From the IMG/VR virus record IMGVR_UViG_3300023210_000030: DNA of 20,000 nucleotides; one strand, written 5' to 3'. The DNA comes from an uncultured virus (IMG/VR IMGVR_UViG_3300023210_000030). Its lineage: Duplodnaviria > Heunggongvirae > Uroviricota > Caudoviricetes > Crassvirales. The first letter of the stretch is position 1; each line of letters begins with the position of its first letter. This document shows positions 16,130 through 20,000 of the stretch, piece after piece. The position numbers were made by a program, and so were the translations under genes. The notes beneath the pieces were generated by a model that worked only from the letters and a program-made list of their open reading frames with translations, was not told where the DNA came from and ran no database searches.

Positions 16130-16570
16130 ATGCTTAAGTATAAACACAACTACCTTAAATATTGGAGGATTATACGCTATTGGGTTAAAGCTAAGTACAA
16201 TCTTACAACTCCTGACATTGAAATGATTTTATTTTTATATAGCGAAGAGTATTTTAATAAAACAAAGTTTAAAGAGTTTGAGGAATTAATGTCTTGGGAT
16301 ACAAAAAGATTTGAAAGGTTATTAAAAGAAGGTTGGATTAGTGTTTGGAGAAAAGGTTTTGGTAAACATACAACGCTTTACGAGCTTTCCTATAAAGGAA
16401 AGCGAGTCGCTAATACAATTTATCGTAAATTAAATGGTGAAGAAATAGCAGAGTCACCTTCAATTAATCCTTTATTTAGAACGGATGCAAGCTATATGGA
16501 TAAAGTTTATCGTAATTCCATAAAAGAACTTAACGAGTTTATACAACAACAACGATATCTCTCTCAGTAA
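16130..16570 (+). CDS. Winged-helix (MarR-like) DNA-binding protein
   Basis: YNLTTPDIEMILFL...FERLLKEGWI...YELSYKGK follows the MarR/wHTH pattern (LTxxxxxxL...LxxxGxI...LTxxG). A-rich start context. Confidence 0.65.
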   Translation: MLKYKHNYLKYWRIIRYWVKAKYNLTTPDIEMILFLYSEEYFNKTKFKEFEELMSWDTKRFERLLKEGWISVWRKGFGKHTTLYELSYKGKRVANTIYRKLNGEEIAESPSINPLFRTDASYMDKVYRNSIKELNEFIQQQRYLSQ

Positions 16571-16796
16571 TAATAGTAAAAGTATCGTCATGTATAAGCA
16601 TACTAAAGCCAGCAGACTTATCATAATAAATAATTTGACCTTCTTCAATCTCTGAGACATCAGTACCTGATTTTATTACCTTACCTTTTTTATACCTAAA
16701 TTCATCTGCGTCTTCTGCAGTAAGAATTAATCCTGATTTAGTTTTTAATTCTTCTTGTATTGGTTTTATTATAACATATTTACCTATTGGTTTCAT
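16539..16796 (-). CDS. groES: Co-chaperonin GroES (Cpn10), phage-encoded
   Basis: MKPIGKYVIIKP...KTKSGLILT (mobile loop)...GKVIKSG...EGQIIYY...IITERDIV. Confidence 0.88.
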   Translation of the reverse strand: MKPIGKYVIIKPIQEELKTKSGLILTAEDADEFRYKKGKVIKSGTDVSEIEEGQIIYYDKSAGFSMLIHDDTFTIITERDIVVVV

Positions 16797-16798
16797 AT

Positions 16799-16930
16799 TT
16801 AACTTTTAAAGATAGCATAAATTTTTATACCGTTCTTGTTATTAATTAATCTACGTTCTACTATTTCTTTTGAAACGACAACCGCAGGTTGGAGTTTCGG
16901 ATTTTTTGAGTTAAGCTTTCTTTTCTTCAT
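16799..16930 (-). CDS. Small basic hypothetical protein (43 aa)
   Basis: Manual translation MKKRKLNSKNPKLQPAVVVSKEIVERRLINNKNGIKIYAIFKS. Ends 2 bp before the groES start. Confidence 0.65.
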   Translation of the reverse strand: MKKRKLNSKNPKLQPAVVVSKEIVERRLINNKNGIKIYAIFKS

Positions 16931-17000
16931 ATTCTTTTATATTATCCCAAAGCTTGTTCTTTGACATTATTCCTAACAATTTTAGTAAAAACTCTATCAT
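16911..17000 (-). CDS. Micro-ORF (29 aa) coupled to the groEL stop
   Basis: ATGA overlap with the groEL stop; MIEFLLKLLGIMSKNKLWDNIKEYEEKKA. Confidence 0.45.
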   Translation of the reverse strand: MIEFLLKLLGIMSKNKLWDNIKEYEEKKA

Positions 17001-18586
17001 GCCCTCATGTTTGTTACTATAGCGTTTGTGCTAAGTATAGTTGTTGCTACACTTATTGCATTAGTCAATGCGTTCTTAGTAACCTTAAGAGGATCAATAA
17101 CACCTAACTTATACATATCTCCATACTTGTTATTCTTAACATCGTACCCATAATTATATTTTTTGTCATATAATTGTTCTATAACTTTATCTCTATCCTT
17201 TCCTGCATTGTCTAATATTTGAATAAGAGGTGAGCGTAATGCAGACTCTAAAATTAAGACTGCATCTTTCTCATCTTGATTTTTAGTTTTAGCTGCTAAC
17301 ATCATTGATTCTCTAAACAGAGCTATTCCTCCGCCTGCTAATATACCTTCTTCAAGTGCTGATCGTACAGCACACACAGAATCGTCTACCCTGTCATACT
17401 TTTCTTTTTGTTCCATCTCTGAGTTACCTCCCACATATATACACCCAATAGATCCTGCTAAACTTGCTATACGTTCTTTTATAAATTCATTAGATGCTTT
17501 GTCTTTTGTGTTTTTCTTTTGGATTTTTAATTCTGCAATTCTATCGTTTAACTCTGGTGTGCTGTTATCTTTTTTAAATATTACAGATGAATGCTCACCT
17601 ACTATAACTTTATCAGCAACTCCTAAGTCAGAAGTTTGAATTAAACTTAAATCATCTCCTGTTTTTTCAGAAAAGTATGTAGCACCTACTGACATAGCTA
17701 TATCTTGCATAAGCTCATGTTGTTTGTATCCAAACTGTGGTGGCTGAATATTACAGAACTTAAGACCACTACGAACTACATTAGCTGAAAGAGTATTTAC
17801 AACGTTAGGAGAGCATGGTGCAATGATTAACAGTTTATCTCCGTTGTTAATTACAGGTTTTAATACATTTTCTATTTGTAAGATGCTACTTATTTCTGCA
17901 TCACAAACTAATATTTTAACATCTTCAAGAATACACTCGTCCTTTTTTTGATTATTAATAAATAAATGAGACGAATAACCTCTTGCAATTTTTATTCCAT
18001 TTGTCACATCAGCATATGTTTCAGCGGTCATAGACTTCTCTACAGTTACCATACCGTTAATTCCTACTTGTGTGTAAGCATCTTTAATTATTTTACCTAT
18101 AGTCTTATCGTTATTCGCAGAGATAGATGCAACATCTAATAACCTTTCTTCTGTAACTTCTTTAGAAACATTTTGCAAACAACTTATAATATCAGCTGTA
18201 TGTTCATTTATATACCTAATTACTTCTGTTGTGTTTGACTCTGATGTTAATATATCTTGACCAGCTTTAACTAAGGCTTCAGTTAAAACAATCGCTGTAG
18301 TTGTACCATCACCTGCTGAATGAGCAGTTCTACTTGCAGCTTCTTTCATCATCCTAACAGCTAAGTTTTCTATAGGATCATTTAAAAAGATTGAATCAGC
18401 AACGGTAACACCATCTTTAGTTACCGTCATGCCTGAAGTATGATTTGGAGATTCTATTAAAACAGTTTTACCCAAAGGACCTAAGGTACTCTTAACAGCT
18501 TTAGATATTGTAGTGATTCCTGTAATAAGTTTCTGACGAGCTTCATCATCAAAACTTAATGACTTTGGTATATAACCTTGTTCCAT
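16997..18586 (-). CDS. groEL: Chaperonin GroEL (Cpn60), divergent phage type
   Basis: Motifs STLGPLG, VTKDGVTVA, AGDGTTTA, ISANND, ERIASL, RVDD..CA.RSALEEG..AGGG and GVIDPLKV. No C-terminal GGM tail. Confidence 0.97.
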   Translation of the reverse strand: MEQGYIPKSLSFDDEARQKLITGITTISKAVKSTLGPLGKTVLIESPNHTSGMTVTKDGVTVADSIFLNDPIENLAVRMMKEAASRTAHSAGDGTTTAIVLTEALVKAGQDILTSESNTTEVIRYINEHTADIISCLQNVSKEVTEERLLDVASISANNDKTIGKIIKDAYTQVGINGMVTVEKSMTAETYADVTNGIKIARGYSSHLFINNQKKDECILEDVKILVCDAEISSILQIENVLKPVINNGDKLLIIAPCSPNVVNTLSANVVRSGLKFCNIQPPQFGYKQHELMQDIAMSVGATYFSEKTGDDLSLIQTSDLGVADKVIVGEHSSVIFKKDNSTPELNDRIAELKIQKKNTKDKASNEFIKERIASLAGSIGCIYVGGNSEMEQKEKYDRVDDSVCAVRSALEEGILAGGGIALFRESMMLAAKTKNQDEKDAVLILESALRSPLIQILDNAGKDRDKVIEQLYDKKYNYGYDVKNNKYGDMYKLGVIDPLKVTKNALTNAISVATTILSTNAIVTNMRA

Positions 18587-18606
18587 TTTATTAAATTTAA
18601 TTTTAG

Positions 18607-18636
18607 CAAATATAATAAATTTTATAATATATCAAA
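18607..18636 (-). promoter_or_regulatory. groEL promoter candidate (TTTG-N18-TATATTTG)
   Basis: -7 element at 18607-18614 and TTTG at 18633-18636 on the minus strand. Confidence 0.65.
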
Positions 18637-18846
18637 TACCATAGTCCAAAGAATTTTTAATATATTGAGCTCTATCTCTTTTTATATATTTACTTATTTA
18701 TTACTTCTTTTTTTTAATACCCGTAAGTTTGGAATAATAATAATAAAAGAATATAAATAGTTATAAATCAAAAAGTTACAAAAAAATTTTCTTGGAATAT
18801 TTATGGAATATCTCTGTAACAAGTCCAGAGTTTGATAGAATTTAAC

Positions 18847-18874
18847 AAAAAAAAAGAGAAACCTAAGTCTCTCT
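18847..18874 (-). terminator. Intrinsic terminator
   Basis: Minus strand AGAGAGAC-TTAG-GTTTCTCT followed by 8 T, starting 24 bp after the stop at 18899. Confidence 0.8.
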
Positions 18875-18898
18875 AATTTATCAAACTAACTATTTATT

Positions 18899-19114
18899 TT
18901 AATAATCATACATATTTTTATCACCATCCATACGCATCTTAGCTCTTTCAATACCATCAGCAATACAATCTATCTTGTATTGTTTTTTCATTTGAGCTCT
19001 ATACATAGAAGCTTTTGCAATACCAGTCATGCCATCAGGACGTGCATTGATCAACCTTCCGTTCTTTACATACAGGCCATCTACATAGTCTGAAATCTTG
19101 TTATCTTTTTCCAT
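18899..19114 (-). CDS. Hypothetical protein (71 aa; start revised from 19159 to 19114)
   Basis: MEKDNKISDYVDGLYVKNGRLIN.... A promoter-like TATCTTTA at 19133-19140 lies inside the longer ORF call, which favours the ATG at 19114. Confidence 0.7.
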   Translation of the reverse strand: MEKDNKISDYVDGLYVKNGRLINARPDGMTGIAKASMYRAQMKKQYKIDCIADGIERAKMRMDGDKNMYDY

Positions 19115-19623
19115 GTCTTTAATTTTTTTTTGTAAAGATAATAAATTTTTTTTAGACACTCAGGGGTTGAGGGTTCTACATACTTATAAGGATAACTACT
19201 GCAAATGGAAACGGAGTTTTTTTGTAGGGGGGGGTGGAATTTTGTTTTGTTTTTTGCGGAATTTTTTGTCTTTTACTTTGTCTGCCCCGACTTACGCACT
19301 GCCCACTCACGCACACGCACACGCATTTTGCGTACTGTCTAAGCACACAACTCACAATTTAGGTTGGAGCTCCATTGTTTTGACTCCTAAGTCAACAAAG
19401 GGAACGAGACTTCCCTTTACCACAGTCCGACATCATTCAAGCCTAAACATTTGACACCTATAAACATTGCCCAAAATACTCACACTCAATATCTTATTAG
19501 AGAACATCAATTAATTATTTAATACTAACACAACATAAAGAAAAGATAGTGCTTTACAACGCCTTAAACACCCCTAAATACCAATTTCCAGAATAAGCCC
19601 AAATAAAATCCGACATCAATATA

Positions 19624-19655
19624 TTTGTATAGTTATTAAGTATTTAGTATCTTTA
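19624..19655 (+). promoter_or_regulatory. Bacteroidetes-type promoter TTTG-N20-TATCTTTA
   Basis: -33 TTTG at 19624-19627 and a near-consensus -7 element at 19648-19655 with canonical spacing, upstream of the ATG at 19701. Confidence 0.65.
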
Positions 19656-19700
19656 TATTAATAATAACAGAGGGTACAACCTCACTAAAAACAAACAAAA

Positions 19701-20000
19701 ATGGACAAAATAAACACAACAACAATGCTTGGACTTACGAGTTCTATATCAAATGCTTGTACAACTCTTAATTCAAAAAGAGATGATATGATGATATGGT
19801 TAAAAGATACTTTACAATCTCAAAACAATTCTGTAATTTTTGTTGGAACATCAGCAGATTTTTACAGTAATGATATGTGTGATGGTATTCATTTATGTGC
19901 TGAAGATGGTGCTAAATATAATGGACAACTTATTTACGATTACTATTCTATGGATACTAAAGAAAGGGATTGTGGAATCTTGAAGACTTGGGAAAAGATA
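19701..20000 (+). CDS. Hypothetical protein, 3' end outside window (possible early gene)
   Basis: Open for 100 codons: MDKINTTTMLGLTSSISNACTTLNSKRDDMMIWLKD...IYDYYSMD.... A-rich leader and a promoter upstream. Confidence 0.75.
   Translation, partial: MDKINTTTMLGLTSSISNACTTLNSKRDDMMIWLKDTLQSQNNSVIFVGTSADFYSNDMCDGIHLCAEDGAKYNGQLIYDYYSMDTKERDCGILKTWEKI

Noticed and set aside
16472..16660. 62 aa minus-strand ORF
   Set aside because: Off-frame overlap of groES and antisense to the wHTH gene.
16539..18586. Host chromosomal groESL flanking a prophage
   Set aside because: Reversed order, divergence, the missing GGM tail and phage-like neighbours on both sides; no integrase or att site seen.
18578..18760. 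60 aa plus-strand ORF
   Set aside because: Low-complexity F/I/N/Y translation of AT-rich DNA across the groEL promoter.
19098..19454. 118 aa plus-strand ORF
   Set aside because: Its GGGG, poly-F and HAHAHA stretches simply translate DNA repeats; it overlaps the opposite gene start and has no supporting start context.
1..20000. Stop-codon reassignment, as seen in some Bacteroidetes phages
   Set aside because: Genes tile densely in the standard code; TGA ends groEL and TAG ends the 64 aa gene at sensible positions.

Overview
This AT-rich window looks like a tailed dsDNA phage of a Bacteroidetes (Flavobacteria-like, probably aquatic) host. The host call rests on recurrent TAnnTTTG promoter elements, A-rich starts without Shine-Dalgarno sequences, and a Gln after a signal peptide. 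Almost all genes are on the minus strand. Reading in the direction of transcription (right to left): a small monocistronic gene; a phage groEL, two micro-ORFs and groES; one plus-strand winged-helix-like gene; a candidate spanin pair; eight tiny, mostly Lys-rich ORFs (five missed by the ORF track); a head-spike-base-like protein; a membrane protein, amidase endolysin and holin; then a fibre block. The fibre block holds a 240 aa protein, an outer-membrane beta-barrel, an 882 aa fibre, a 677 aa fibre with an S74 chaperone, a gp38-like tip protein, a coiled-coil protein, and a giant fibre of at least 1789 aa that the ORF track missed because it runs off the left edge. A ~540 bp non-coding divergence region (19160-19700) separates this arm from a plus-strand gene. 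I found no RNA genes, CRISPR array or mobile element. The best leads are the basic micro-peptide cluster, the beta-barrel among the fibre genes, modules shared across fibres, the chaperonin/regulator locus and a 17-bp intergenic RNA hairpin. All family assignments come from motif recognition by eye, not from database searches.
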